Source: Ginglymostoma cirratum (taxonomy: Eukaryota). From it: a stretch of DNA of 64,000 nt. The notes under the pieces are model-generated. The model had not been told where the DNA came from. It was given only the letters and a program-made list of their open reading frames with translations, and searched no databases. The translations under genes were made by a program, and so were the position numbers. Positions 24,392-37,970 of this stretch are shown one piece after another. Location: positions 15,734,967-15,798,966 of the forward strand of contig JAHRHZ010000223.1 in assembly GCA_024137785.1 (NCBI GenBank). Direction: 5' to 3'. Positions within the stretch are counted from its first letter, which is position 1, and each line of letters opens with the position of its first letter.

Positions 24392-26957
24392 GGATTCAGA
24401 TTTGTGGGACACTGGGGCCGGTTCTGGGGAAGGTGGGACTATTACAAATTGGATGGTCTACACCTGAACCAGACTGGAACTAGTGTCCTAGGGGGAGTTT
24501 TTGCTAGGGCTGTTGGGGAGGGTCTAGACTAATGTGGCAGGGGTCTGGGAACCAGAGGAGAAGACTAGTAGACAGTGAGGTGGAAACTAGAGACTGTAAG
24601 GATCATGAAGTTAGCATTACCAAGGGGAAGAGTAGGCAGAGAGCAGATGAACGCAAAGGAACTGGTGGTCTGAAGTGCATATACTTTAATGCAAGAAGTA
24701 TAGTGGGTAAGGCAGACGAACTTAGGTCTTGGATTAGTGCCTGGGAGTATGACGTTATTGCGATCACAGAGACTTGGTTGAAGGAAGGGGATGATTGGCA
24801 ACTAAATGTCCCAGGATATAGATGCTTCAGACAGGACAGGGATGGAAGTAAAAGGGGGGGGAGGAGTTGCATTGCTGGTCAGGGATGATATCACGGCTGT
24901 GCTAAAGGAGGGCACAATGGAGGGCTTGAGCAGTGAGGCATTATGGGTAGAGCTGAGAAATAAGAAGGGTGCAGTTACATTGTTGGCGCTGTACTACAGG
25001 CCTCCCAACAGTGAGCGTGAGGTAGAAGAACAAATAGGTCGACAGATTATGGAAAGATGTAGAGGTAACAGGGTGGTGGTGATGGGAGATTTTTAATTTT
25101 CCCAACATTGACTGGGATACACTTAGTGTCAGGGGTCTGGATGGGGCAGAATTTGTAAGGAGCATCCAGGAAAGTTTTCTAGAGCAGTATGTCAATAGTC
25201 CAACTAGGGAAGGGGCCATATTGGACCTAGTGTTGGGGAATGAGCCAGGCCAGGTGGTAGAAGTTGCAGTGGGGGATTTCTTTGGGAATAGTGACCACAA
25301 TTCTGTAAGTTTTAGAATACTCGTAGACAAAGATGAGAGTGGTCCTAAGAGCAGAATACTAAACTGAGCCAAGGCCAATTATATCAAAATTCGGCAGGAG
25401 CTGGGAAATGTGGATTGGGGACAGCTATTTGAAGGGAAGTCCACATTTGATATGTGGGAGGCTTTCAAAGATAGGTTGAAGATAGTGCAGGATAGGCATG
25501 TCCCTTTGAAAACAAGGGATAGGAAAGGAAAGATTCGTGAACCGTGGATGACAGGAGAAATCGTGCGATTAGTCAAGAGGAAAAGGGAAGCGTACATAAG
25601 GTCCAGGCAGCTAAGAACAGAACGGTCCTTGGAGGAATATCGGGAGAGTAGGACCAATCTGAAATGAGGAATCAAGCGGGCTAAAAGGGGTCATGAAATA
25701 ATTTTAGCGAACAGAATTAAGGAGAATCCCAAGGCCTTTTATTCGTATATAAGAAGCAGGAGGGTAACTAGAGAAAGGGTTGGTCCACTAAAGGATAAGG
25801 AAGGAAGGTTTTGTGTCGAACCTGAGAAAATGGGTGAGATTCTCAATGATTACTTTGCATCAGTGTTCACTGAGGAGAGGGACATGATGAATGTTGAGAT
25901 TAGAGATAGAAGTTTGTTTACTCTGAATCACGTTGACATAAGGAGGGAAGATGTGTTGGGTAGGCTAAAGGATATTAAGGTGGACAAATCCCCAGGACCG
26001 GATGGGATCTATCCCAGGATTCTGAGGGAGGCGAGAGAGGAAATAGCTGGGGCCCTGACTGATATCTCTGTAGCATCCTTAAACACAGGTGAAGTGCCAG
26101 AGGACTGGAGAGTTGCTAATGTTGTCCCCCTGTACAAGAAGGGTAGTAGGGATATTCCAGGTAACTACAGACCAGTAAGCCTGACGTCAGTGGTGGGAAA
26201 GTTGCTGGAGAAGGTACTGAGGGATAGAATCTATTTATATTTGGAAAAGNNNNNNNNNNCTGGGAGTTCAGGTCCATTGTACCCTGAAGGTGGCTGCACA
26301 GGTGGATAGAGTGGTCAAGAAGGCATATGGTATGCTTGCCTTCATCGGACGGGGTATTGAGTATAAGAGCTGGCAGGTCATGTTAAAATTGTACAAGACT
26401 TTGGTTCGGCCACATTTAGAATACTGTGTACAGTTCTGGTCGCCACATTACCAAAAGGATGTGGAAGCTTTGGAGAGGGTACAGAGAAGGTTTACGAAGA
26501 TGTTGCCTGGTATGGAAGGTGCTAGCTATGAAGAGAGGTTGAGTAGGTTAGGATTGTTTTCATTAGAAAAAAGGAGATTAAGGGGGGACCTGATTGAGGT
26601 CTTCAAAATCATGAAGGGTATAGACAGGGTTGATAGAGATAAGCTTCTTCCCAGGGTGAGGGATTCAATAACGAGGGGTCACGCGTTCAAGGTGAGAGGA
26701 GAAAAGTTTAAGGGGGATACACTTTACACAGAGGGTGGTAGGTGCCTGGAACGCGTTGCCAGCAGAGGTAGTAGAGGCAGGCACGGTAGATTCATTTAAG
26801 GTGCGTCTGGACAGATGCATGAGTAGGTGGGGAGCAGAGGGATCCTTAGGAATTGGGCGATAGGTTTAGACAGTGGATTTGGATCGGCACAGGCTTGGAG
26901 AGCCGAAGGGCCTGTTCCTGGGCTGTAAGTTTTCTTTGTTCTTTGTTCTTTTCTTTG
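24392..26957 (+). mobile_element. Relatively young CR1 LINE (end of ORF1 esterase, ORF2 APE endonuclease-RT), disrupted and spanning a gap
   Basis: ORF1 ends YKLDGLHLN...GEGLD*. ORF2 has YFNARSI, AITETWL, YRPPN, VVMGDF, KSPGPDGI, NYRPVSLTSVVGK and LVRPHLEYCVQFWSP, then a (ttctttg)n tail. Frameshifts in G and T runs plus stops. Inserted into an older CR1 tail (24150-24391 and 26958-27075). Confidence 0.93.
26250..26259. other. Assembly gap (10 N)
   Basis: Run of N; the central RT motifs expected between the two flanks are absent. Confidence 0.99.
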
Positions 26958-27548
26958 ATTATATAGAGAGCAGGCAAGCAAATGGAGCTGAAGCCAAGAT
27001 GAGATTGTATTAAATGGCAGAGGAGGCTCAAGGGGCTGAAATGCCTATTCCTGCTCCTAGTTCGATGTTCTTATGAGATCACGTAATAATGTGATGTTAA
27101 TGCATCCAATTAGTCCCTTGCCGCTCTCTAGTGAGATTCTCATTTTGCCATTAAAACCATAAGAAGAAAATCAGACTTGTTTTTCAGACTTTTATCCCCT
27201 TTTTAGCCTTGGTTTTATTGTCTGGAAATTGTTATTTCCAGGAGATTACACATTGTAGGGCAGAACATAGAGTTGGATTAGGAGTGTTCTAATCATGATA
27301 TATTAGGCATCGTAGGTATGAAACAGGCTTGATAGACCAGCATGACTTTTCCAAAAATGTTCAAACGTCTATGTCAAATATCTGTGATGCCTACACTCAG
27401 GCTGCAGACAGTGGCACCATCCATTCTATTAAATCAAGGCTTATTTTCATAAGGAGATATCTGTAATGAACAGTTCTTGGAGCAATAAGGACCCAACATT
27501 AATTTTTGTTTCTAAATCCCTCAATTTTTCACCCTTTGTTCAACAAAC

Positions 27549-27661
27549 CTGACAGTCATGCACTGTGGTGACAACAACTGTGTTCTCATCAACTGCTCCC
27601 ATCGACACCATCATTGCATATTCCAGGTCAGCAAAGCCCTCGCCTTTTCCAATTCTCCAGC
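27549..27661 (-). CDS. MTHFSD: MTHFSD exon 6 (113 nt, phase 1/0)
   Basis: Acceptor tgtaaag|GC, donor CAG|gtttgt. Encodes (G)[37 protein letters not shown], including the RIGKGEG glycine-rich motif of the 5-formyl-THF cyclo-ligase family. Confidence 0.96.
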
Positions 27662-28009
27662 CTTTACAGTAAACACAATTTGAATATTAAAAAAAAATTG
27701 CATGATGGACATGAGGTAAAAATGGACAAAAGCAGAGAGAAAAATTTTGCTATTTCTTTTAACAGGTCTAAAAACTCATCAGGGAGAACTTCCCATATAA
27801 TTTCATTTTCATATAAAAATCTACACAGTTTTATGAAAAAAAAATGCTGGTTATTTCCATATTGCTTTTATTGCATACTTCACAAAATTATTGACAAATT
27901 TCTTTTGATGTTCTGAGAAGATGCACTGTTTCATAACGGGAAAATAAACTAAAAAGAGAATTCTAGCTTGTGTATGTCTTGAAGGCTCAAAGACGCATTT
28001 GGTAATCAT

Positions 28010-28455
28010 GGAGTCATAGAGGTATATAGCACAAAAACAGACCCTTCGGTCCAACTTGTCCATGCTGATCAGATATCGTAAATAAATCTAGTCCCATTTG
28101 CCAGCATTTGGCCAAAATCCCTCTAAACCCTTCCTATTCATATACCTATCCAGATGCCTTTTAACTGCTGTAATTGTACCAGCCTCCACCACTTCCTCTG
28201 GCAGTTCATTCCATACACACACCACCCTCTGCATGAAAAAGTTGCCCCTTAGACCCCTTTTAAATCATTCCCCTTTCACCTTAAACCAATGCCCTCTAGT
28301 TGTGGACTCCCCTACCCTGGGGAAAAGACCTTGTCTATTTACCCTATCCAAGCCCCTCCTAATTTTATAAACCTCTATAGGGTCACCCCTCAGCCTGCGA
28401 CACTCCAGGGAAAATAGCCCCAGTCTATTCACCCTCTCCCTATAGCTCAACTCCA
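28010..28455 (-). mobile_element. CR1 LINE 3' end
   Basis: ELSYRERVNRLGLFSLECRRLRGDPIEVYKI. Confidence 0.85.
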
Positions 28456-29724
28456 CTACCCCCCCGCCCTTGTTCTTTAAAAAAATTATTTGAACATAAT
28501 TTTGAGGTATGGCTCAATGTTTTAAACCTCTATTGCTGCAATCGGGTATTTGAGTTTAAATGTACATGTAAACACCAGGTACTTTATGTATATACTCACA
28601 CACCAGTTAGCTTTTTTGGGAGCTGGTACAGACATAATAGTCCAAATAGCTTCCTTCTATATTATAAATTTCTATGATTTCATATTTCAATTTTTAAGAA
28701 AGCCTTTTGGTCAATAATGTTGTCAGTCAATCGCTCTAGGTAATAAAACGTGATTTTCAAAGGTCACACCATACTGTTTAAAATTAATCACCAAGACTAA
28801 TGAGATTTTCCACATATTGCTTTCTGTTCTTGCGCATAAAAATATTAAAACATTTTAAACATTTGTCCAGATGCAGTTAATATATGTAGTTAAAATGATT
28901 ATTCATATGCTTAGTTTTTCCAAAATATTTCATATTTCTGTGCTGAATACTTATGTAATTTTTGACTTCTTTGACTGTTTCTTACCTCTTTTTAGAAAAT
29001 CAAAATTGCTTCATTGACACTCAAACAAAGCACATAAAGACTCTAACTAAAAAAGTGAACAGGTAGCACTTTGAATACTCAGATCGTCAAACTGAATTTT
29101 AGACTTCAAACCAACCTTCTGAAAGCATTTAGCTGCTCAAGAGAAGTCAGAAAAATAAGGTGTTGTGTAAATCAAGGGTATAGAAATCTTAGATACCTGA
29201 CATCACATGAAGGAGTCAGATTTTAATTATTCATCCCATATTCAGTCAAAATGATACTGCCTGTAGCCATGTTACATTTACCTATCATCCCTGTGCTCAT
29301 TTACCTACATTGACTCCCAGTCTGACAGCAGCTCAGTTTTGAAACATTGGTCCTCCTTTTCAAATCCCTTTGTGATCTCTGTAACCTCATCCTGTCCAAC
29401 AATCCTGAGATCTCCGGTCTGGTCTCTTGCCTGCCTCTAATATTAATTACTCCATCATTGACAGCCATGTGTTCAGCTGCATCAGGTCAAAGCTCTGGAA
29501 TTCCCTCCCTAAACCTGTTTTAGGTATGTCTTCATATGGCTCAGTGCTGAATTCTGTACAATAAGGCTCCTACAGAGTAACTTGGGATGAATATTAGTCT
29601 AATAGTGCAATATAAACAAAAATTGTTGTTAAGGTATCCTTGCAGTGCCAACAATGTCATATTTCCATTCATTAAAAATGTTACACTAGTGGTTATATTT
29701 TGGAGTTTACATTCTTAACGTTAC

Positions 29725-29815
29725 CTTTGTCTGATACAGCCACAGATCCTACTACAACCAGGTCCACATGAATGTTTGCATCAAGTCCAATAGGTACGCT
29801 GAAATCTTTTACTCC
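29725..29815 (-). CDS. MTHFSD: MTHFSD exon 5 (91 nt, phase 0/1)
   Basis: Acceptor ctccag|GGA, donor AAAG|gtaacg. Encodes [30 protein letters not shown](G). Confidence 0.96.
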
Positions 29816-29869
29816 CTGGAGTAGAAGAGATAAAAGTTTCATATCACACAAAGATTAGAGAGGTGTTTG

Positions 29870-31115
29870 CCGGCCTGGCATACAAATATAAAATGTACAA
29901 TAGCCAATACATTAATCATGGGTAACTTTAATCTTCACGTAAACTGAGGACGTCAAATTGACAGAGGTAGCCAAAGAAGGACTCAGAATGTATTTAGGAA
30001 AGTTTCCTTGAATAATATGTTGCAGTTCCAACCAGGGATCAAGATATGTAGGATCAGGTAATGTGTAATAACAAAATTTATGGAACCTGACTCAGGAGTA
30101 AAGGAACCCCTCGAAAACAGTGATCATAACACGATAGAATTTAGAATATGATGTGTAAGAAACAAATCTACTAAACTTAAGGGGAATTACAAAGGAATGA
30201 GGTCAGAGTTGGTTGAATTGGACTGGGAAAAATCCTTAGCAGAAAAAAAACACATTTGGGGAACAATGGCAGATGTTTAAGAAAATGGTTCATGACTCAC
30301 AAGACAGATATCCCAGTGAGGAAGAAGCATACCAGGAAGGAAATAAGCTAACTATGGCAAACCAAAGAAGCTAAGGATAACACTACATTGAAAAAAAATG
30401 CAGCAAAGATTAGTGGTAAGGCAAAGGAGTGAGAAAATTTCAAAAGCCGACAAAAAAATTACCAAAAATAATAAAGCAGAAAAGAAACTTTGAGGGTAAC
30501 CTACTTAGTAATATCAAGACAGCCAGCAATGGCTACTTTAAACATATAGAAAGGAAGAGATATGCCAAAGTGAACATAAGCCCCTTAGAAATTGAAACCA
30601 AAAGGACTGAAACAAAGTTGCTGGAAAAGCTCAGCAGGTCTGGCAGCATCTGTGAAGAACTAAATCAGAATTAATGTTTCGGGTCCGGTGACCCTTCCTC
30701 AGAACAGTTTTTGCCCCTTAGAAATCGATGCTGCGGTAATAATAATGGGCTACTAGAAAATAGCAGGAAAGGTTGAATAAATGACGTTAGTCTTCACAGT
30801 GGAAGACAAAGCATTCAAAAATACCAAATAATAGATGGAAACTGAGGGAGAATAAATAAATATAATTAACAATCACTGGAGAAAATATTGGAAAACTAAT
30901 GGAGATCATGACTAATAAGTCTCAGGGATCTGATGGAGTGCATCTTAGGATGCGAGAGATACTGGATGCACTGGTAGTAATCTCCAAAGAATCCTTAGTT
31001 TCTGGAGAAGTCCCAGAGGATTGGAAAACTGCCAAAGTAGCACGTATTCCAAAAAGGAAGGAGACTAAAAGCAGGCAATTGTTGTTTAACATCTGTTATT
31101 GCAAAGATGTTAAAA
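29870..31115 (+). mobile_element. Degenerate CR1 ORF2 fragment (endonuclease end to RT start)
   Basis: atcatgggtaactttaat (IMGNFN), agtgatcataac (SDHN) and GEVPEDWKTAKV. Confidence 0.7.
30596..30712 (-). mobile_element. 117-bp Penelope-terminus mini-insertion with hammerhead core (30671-30702)
   Basis: Flanked by gccccttagaaat(t/c)ga at 30580-30595 and 30713-30728. The minus strand reads CTGAGGA-A-GGGTC-ACCG-GACCC-GAAA-CATTA. Confidence 0.75.
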
Positions 31116-32898
31116 TATAAAATGAAAAAGACCATCCATTTTTTCTATCTTGTACTCAGCAGGATATGTCCCATGAATACAAATTCAAGGGGAAAACTAA
31201 TTTTTTATTATGTATGAGAGGACAGTGATGTTTAGTTAGCAGTGAACTCTCATTGGCAGAGGGTTGGCCCAGAGAATGCACCTTTAATGTAATTTGACAT
31301 GAAATAGTCTGGTTTTGTTAAATTTTAAACCAGGCAGATTGACTCTGATTTGTCAGAGAGATGACTGGCCTAACAGACAGAGCAGTGAATGGCTGTCATT
31401 TATTTTGTGGAGTTGGCACTGAACATTATGGAAGTCCCTAAGGCAGTCACTGCTGTTGTGAAATATGACCAGCCTATCTTAGATTACCCTGAAAGTTTGA
31501 GCAACAGGCAAAGCTTGCTGCTTCAAGCTACTGACATACAATAGCAACACAAGTGGTGTTCACCCACTAACAGGATGCTGGCATCCAGCGAAAAAAAAAA
31601 ATCTGCGCTTCACACAAATGAGTAATTGGCATTTGAATTTAATGTCAATGTGATGCTAGATATGTAGGTCACAGACTCCAAAGACTGGTAGATTATATCA
31701 AACAGCATGCCCCTTTGGCTGTCACAATAACCAAAGTAATGATCAGACCCAATCAGTCCTGGATTGTGAAACTCACAACTGTGTCTAACATTAGGTGTGA
31801 ATCTGGAACTGGACAACATTTTCTGGATAATCCTGAATGTGTAAGGAATTACACTGACAACCAATTTAAAGAGTCAGGATGGTTTAATAGTTAAGGAAAC
31901 AAGGCTGTTAACTATCAGTAAATGTAACTGGGTAAATCTTCCATGGCAATGCTTCTATGAATCACCACTCTTTTCTCCTCTCAAATTTATATCATTGCAA
32001 TAATGTCCTGATGAGTGAAATATCAAAAGCTTTGGCAAAATGCAGTCCATTTTCAGCAATACATGAGCTTTGAAACATTCTAGGCTCCTTTCTAATACGA
32101 CAACTACCCCCAAATTAACAGGCTTCTTACAGTCAATATTTTTCTAACTCCCTGCTTAAGGTTTATTGATTTTATATTTAAACACTCACTATCGAATTGA
32201 AATACCTGATTTCTATAATCTTATCCGATATTTCATAACAATATCTCTACCATTTCATATTCCATGTCACTACATTGCAGGTTCTGTATCCTTTTCTCAG
32301 CTTATAACAAACCTTGGAAATTCATCCAGTTTCTGTGGAACAACATCTGTTCACAGCACTTCTCTTTCTTTTACATTTGGACTGGGAATCTCATTCTCTG
32401 AGGAACGCTGGGCTCTACATCATTAAAAGCCCTTCCTCTTATTGAAGCAGCAGAATTATTGAGCTACTTTTATGGTTTCTTTACCTTACAGAATAAAGTT
32501 GATAAAAATCTATTTATTTCAATTGCATATGTACATAGGGCATCCAAAACAGATTTACTAAGAAAACACATGTGACTCCAAACCTTGTTTTCCTCTTAAC
32601 ACATTAAGAAGTTGCCATCAGTCTATATTGCCTTTCCAACAGACCTGATGTGATAGCTTTTAGAGACAGGATAACACATTCTTTGGATTCTAATGAAAAT
32701 GGAGAATTCAATTTCTGGCTGCTGGAATACTATGCACCTACTGCCAACTTACACAGTCAATTCAACTTTGCCCTTGGAGGAAAAGGTTGTGTATACAGTT
32801 AGCACTGGAAAGATGTAAAGTAAGTACTGAAATAAAGCCTGATTCAATATTGATGCTGAAACTTATGTTACAGTTACATAAAGCTCTTTTTAGACCCT

Positions 32899-33039
32899 AA
32901 AACAGAAAGTTCTTAGGAAGGGTCGCTGGACACAAAACATTAACTCTGATTTCTCAACAATTACTGCCAGACCTGCTGAGCTTTTCTAGCAATTTCTGCT
33001 TTTGGTTCTATTTCCAGCATCCACAGTTCCTTCGGTTTT
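32899..33039 (+). mobile_element. 141-bp Penelope-terminus mini-insertion, degenerate hammerhead core
   Basis: Flanked by the 14-bp direct repeat tctttttagaccct at 32885-32898 and 33040-33053. Confidence 0.7.
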
Positions 33040-33053
33040 TCTTTTTAGACCCT

Positions 33054-33725
33054 GTTTGGAGTACAGAGCTTAGCTCTGGGTACAGAACCCCAGAAAAGAC
33101 AACTTCACCCTGGGTGAGGTGAAACTTGGATTCAAGGCTATTATAACATCTGGGTATTTTCAGCACTTCCCTTAAATATTTAGACTTCCAACATACGCAT
33201 ATTTGGCCTTTGTAAACTATGATCAGGCTAGACTTATATTCTTACTTTGTTCAGTATTAAGGAGTGATCTAACTGAGGAGTTTAAGATGACCAAAAGAAT
33301 GGATAGCGCAGACAGAATTTTTTCTTTCTCTGCTGGGAAGTAGAACAAAGGATGTTAACCCTAAAGTTAGAAATAAACTAATTAAGGGTAGTGTCAGGAA
33401 ACACAGTATAGTGGAAATCTGAAACTATCTCCTCCAAAAAGCTGTTGAGAATGAAAGTTAATTAATAATTTAAAAACTAAGACTGATTGAAGAAGGGTCT
33501 AGGCCCGAAACATCAGCTTTCCTGCTCCTCTGATACTGCTTGGCCTGCTGTGTTCATCCAGCTCTACACCTTGTTATCTCTGGTTGATCTTTGTTAGGTT
33601 AACAGCATTAAAGGCTTGCAAAACAAAGCTGCTAGATGGAGTTACAATACAAATCAGCTGCATTCTAATGGAATGGTAAAATAGGCTTAAGGAGCTAAAT
33701 GATTGACTTCTGTTATGAATTTCCC
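33054..33725 (+). mobile_element. Old CR1 3' remnant containing a roughly 92-bp Penelope-terminus insertion (33488-33580)
   Basis: ttaaggagtgatctaactgaggagtttaagatg (LRSDLTEEFKM). The inner unit matches 9010-9102. Confidence 0.6.
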
Positions 33726-35213
33726 TGTAAGAGCCTTTGGGATGAACAAGGATTTTTTTAAAATCTAGGTGTAGCATTTGAAAAGAACTCGCACAATTAA
33801 TGGATCACTGGTAAAAAGTATTTAAAAGTGACAGTGACTACAAACAAAATGATTTTTTAGTTACACTCCCACAACCTCAATCCCCGAAAAGAACACATCT
33901 AAAAGTTTTATGGCATTTGCAATCTCCATACTGCAAACTGAATTTTATTAACTTTCTGCAGTGTTCTGAAAGAGAAGTATTTCATTGGTTAGATATAATG
34001 GTTAAAGACCAGGACATTCTCTCAGCAATTTATTCTCTGCTTGAAAACAGCACTGGCACAAATATTCCCAGCCTAAGCACGAGCCTTTTGAGCCTACCCT
34101 TCCTCCAGCTGGAAGTTAGTGGAGATGTGATCAGGAATGTGCATGAAATATTCATAATCTCTGACAAGACGCAATGTTGAATCAATGTACTGCTCCCATT
34201 CTAACCCTTACAGGGCAGGAAGATCCTACACTGAATCTTGGTTAAGGGTCAAAGTATAGTTACTACAAGTGGCTTCTGCAGTCCTGTGTCACCATGGAAG
34301 AAATTGGTCAGCATTATGGATGGAATCTTCCTGGTTTCATGGGAGATGGCTTCAAGGTGGGGCGGAGAGGAATTTCAAAGAAAGACAAGTCAGTTCAGGA
34401 AATTTACTGTGTTCCTGCCTTTCGGTTATCTTTCCAAACTTGGGGCATCACTGGCACAGACACTGGCCCAACAGAAGCAGTAGTGCATAATTAACTGCAC
34501 ACTTGTTGGCTTACTAGGGAATCTTCCCAGCAGTGGTCCCCTCCCAGGATCAAATCCAGCAGTTGTCTGAAAGCATCTTGTGGCAGGTGGCAGGGGTGTG
34601 GGGAGGGATCCATGAAGCTTCCTACACTAACACCATCCCAACATGAGAGCATCTTTGATCAGTAGGTTTGGGTTTTGTTTGTCCAAAACAGATCTAAACC
34701 TCTCCACAGGGTGCCTCAAGTTTTGAATTCCCTGCAATAAGTTAGGACATTTTCTCTTTGTCCACCCTTTCGAACTGCTTCATAAATTTTAAAGACATTT
34801 ATTAACTCACCTTTTGGACTTCTTTCAAGAGATGAAAGAGCCACATTCATCTCAGCTGGCCTTTCCTGATTGATCAGAATCCATCAGCTCCAGTATCATC
34901 CACGTAAATCGCTTTGCACTTTCCCAATGCCTCTGTATGTATGCTTTTCATTATAAGGAGACCAGGATTGTACGCAGTACTCAAAATGCACTCTAATCAT
35001 GTGCTATACAAAACTTTAACCGGTTGAATCAGAATCAGGATCAGGCTTGGCACAGTTATTGACACTTACTGCTGAGTTTCAATGATGAATTGTGAGGGTG
35101 GGGTGGGGTTGGGAAGAGACAGGGAAACGGGAACTGACAACCAATGACTGGAACTCTTGTCAGCCAACTGCCACAGTGTTGCTTGTGGGAGCTTACTCTG
35201 TGTAAATTGATCA

Positions 35214-35475
35214 CATAAGAACATAAGAACTAGGAGCAGGAGTAGGCCATCTGGCCCCTCGAGCCTGCCCCACCATTTAATAAGATCATGGCTGATCTTT
35301 GAGACTCAGCTCCACTTACCTGCCCAGTCACCATAACCCTTAATTCCTTTACTGTCCAAAGATTTATCTAGCCTTGCCTTAAAAACATTCAGTGAGGTAG
35401 CTTCAACCGCTTCACTGGGCAGGGAATTCCACAGATTCACAACCCTTTGGGTGAAGAAGTTCCTCCTGACCTCAC
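35214..35475 (-). mobile_element. CR1 LINE 3' end
   Basis: (cataagaa)n tail plus ggagcaggagtaggccat...gaattccacagattcac. Confidence 0.75.
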
Positions 35476-37856
35476 CATGTTTTCTACATCACAACAACGT
35501 TTTCACAAGGAGTTAACCTTTTCCAACGAAACCTTGGCATATAGTCACCGGCACGATTACACCAAAGCATGAGACTGTGTTACTGAAACAAATCATTTGT
35601 TGTGGATTTTCTGCACATTTTTTTCCATATCCCCTTCGCTATTAATTCATTGTATTGAAAAAAAAAGTATTTTATTGGATCTAGAGTGCTTTGGGATATC
35701 GATAGTTTGTGAAAGGTGCTGTATAGATAATGTATACGGGACACGTCTGTTTCATTTCCTCTGTACGAATGCAAGATTTTTTTCCTTGCTCTGTGTTATG
35801 AGGGCTTGGACAGGAACATCCATAACAAGGGCTCTATACTGAACTTTCCTCTGTTAATTTCCTTTTTTTATTAGCAATGAAAGTGTGGAATAGAAAAGCT
35901 AGTCAACAACATTCTAGCAAGTATAGACATTCACAGTGGTATACAAGGATGGAGATGGCTCAAGCGCAAAAATTACTTTAGAGTTGCTCTAAATACTCAG
36001 GCACCTGTTTGCATGTAAATGTGTAACAGAATAAAAAATGCACTGAAGGTTGAACATTTAACTGAAGTGAATGAAGACTATTTCTGTAACCTTCCTGATA
36101 TTTGCAAAACACTTTGTCCAAACTTTTAAACAAAGTTACCCCGTTTACAAGTTTCTCAAATTAACGGTCCTATCAATCAGGAAAATAAAAAATAATTTAA
36201 ATATTAACTTCTTATCAGCTTGCTTTAAACAAAAAGATCACAGTTTCATTGAGCACACTGAGCCAGCACAAGAAGCTAACCTTTTCTAATGGAACGCTTG
36301 TCATACAGTCACTGGCATCATTATACTAAAACATGTGACTATGTTACTGAATCTAATCGTTCGCAGTGGATTCTCTGCACGTTTTTTCCATGCTCCCTTC
36401 TCAGTTAATTCATTAACTGTTCACATCCTGTTACAGTGGCAATTTTAAGTGGTTAGTGACCCTGTTAATGCAAGACCTATCATTACCCCTTAACTTCTTC
36501 TTCTGTTAAAGGCAATGGCCTTTGTGTCCCCTCATTTATTCTCTACCAGATCTTGAATCAATGTAACTGTTGCTCCAGTTTGTGACCTGTTCCAGATCAC
36601 TTAAGCTGCCAAACTTTAACTAGCTGTTAATATTTGCAGGCTTGAATTGATTGCTATTTCCAAGTGGTACTAATCAGTACACCAGAAAGAAACACTAGGT
36701 GGCGATCTACTACCAGCATTCTCCTCTGCTGTAGACAACAAGCAGTATTATTTCCTGTAGCCAATAGGCAACGGTTTACCGGCCATGAAGTCTTTTGAGT
36801 TGGGTCATCATAACATAGCAAACACTTATCGAATGAAGACATCTAACAAAAATAAAAATGTTCAAAAAACTGAACGGGCTGACCAGAGTTTTCAGGAAGA
36901 CTAGACTTTTGCAAAAATTTGGTCATGTTTACCCAAAATTCATAATGTTGATCTCATCCTTAGATATTGTGACAAAAAAAAAAATCGATAAATTTGCTAT
37001 TTTAGTTTGTTTGGAATCCTTTGGATGAGTGCTAGATATAGTGTGTTCCACAGACAAAGAAAATATATGAATTTTGACATTGTCCAGTATGTAGGTTTGT
37101 TTGTGTGATTACTAAATGATTCACTGAATTGACTAACTTGTGTAGACTTCATCTGAACAGCTAGTTTTTAAACCCAATCAACAACTTCCTTAATCTAGAG
37201 GTTAATCAGCCCACTTGGTACCTCTACATCTTATAATCAGGGTAAACAAGGCTTTTCATTGTCCCTGAAACCTTCACTGCAAAATTGCAACACCCAAGCA
37301 TCAAGTCATGATGACACATCAACACAGGTGTGTGTTTAGGGATGTTGGTGGTGAATGTAGAAATACTGTGGGGGCTTCTGTGGGACACTATGGCACATCA
37401 AATCGCTTGTCCTGCTCAGAATCTAGCTGAGAGTGCTTAAAACGTGGAAAGGAGTGTTTGTTGTTTTACAAAAAGTGAAAGCCTCTGAAGTAATAATATT
37501 GAGGAGTGCCTTAAGTGCTGCCTACTGTGATGACATGGGCACATATGGATTTGTGGAGAGGACAGTTTTGGATCTTGACAGAGTAAGGCCTAACATTCAG
37601 GTCCTCTTCATTGCTTTTAAAACAATGTCGATATACCCTGTCACTACTTTACAACGAGCAGTTATCGAGTACATATTCAATACAAGAACATCCTTTCGTT
37701 AGAGCAGTAAGTGGTTTTCCTCTACCACAGGGGACCAAGCTAACTGTGTGGATGCCTGCACTGAAAGAAGATGGTGGTAGCAAATCCACAACATGGTGCG
37801 GTGAGGTGTAATCTCTGTTTAGCCACACGTACAGCATTCGCTGCTGATGTACCCAC

Positions 37857-37970
37857 CTGAGCAGTAGAACACACACGCACCACCTCCTTCGATGCCCCAG
37901 GGGGTGGGATGATTTTGTTGAACAGTCCAGTCCTGAGCCGAGGAGTTGGAACCAACAATGTCTTTCTAGC
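37857..37970 (-). CDS. MTHFSD: MTHFSD exon 4 (114 nt, phase 0/0)
   Basis: Acceptor cttttag|GCT, donor CAG|gtgggt. Encodes [38 protein letters not shown]. Confidence 0.96.

Noticed and set aside
37857-37970. Exon 4 as a third member of the duplicated set, since it is also 114 nt and phase 0/0
   Set aside because: No sequence similarity to 3A/3B; it encodes the next constitutive segment.
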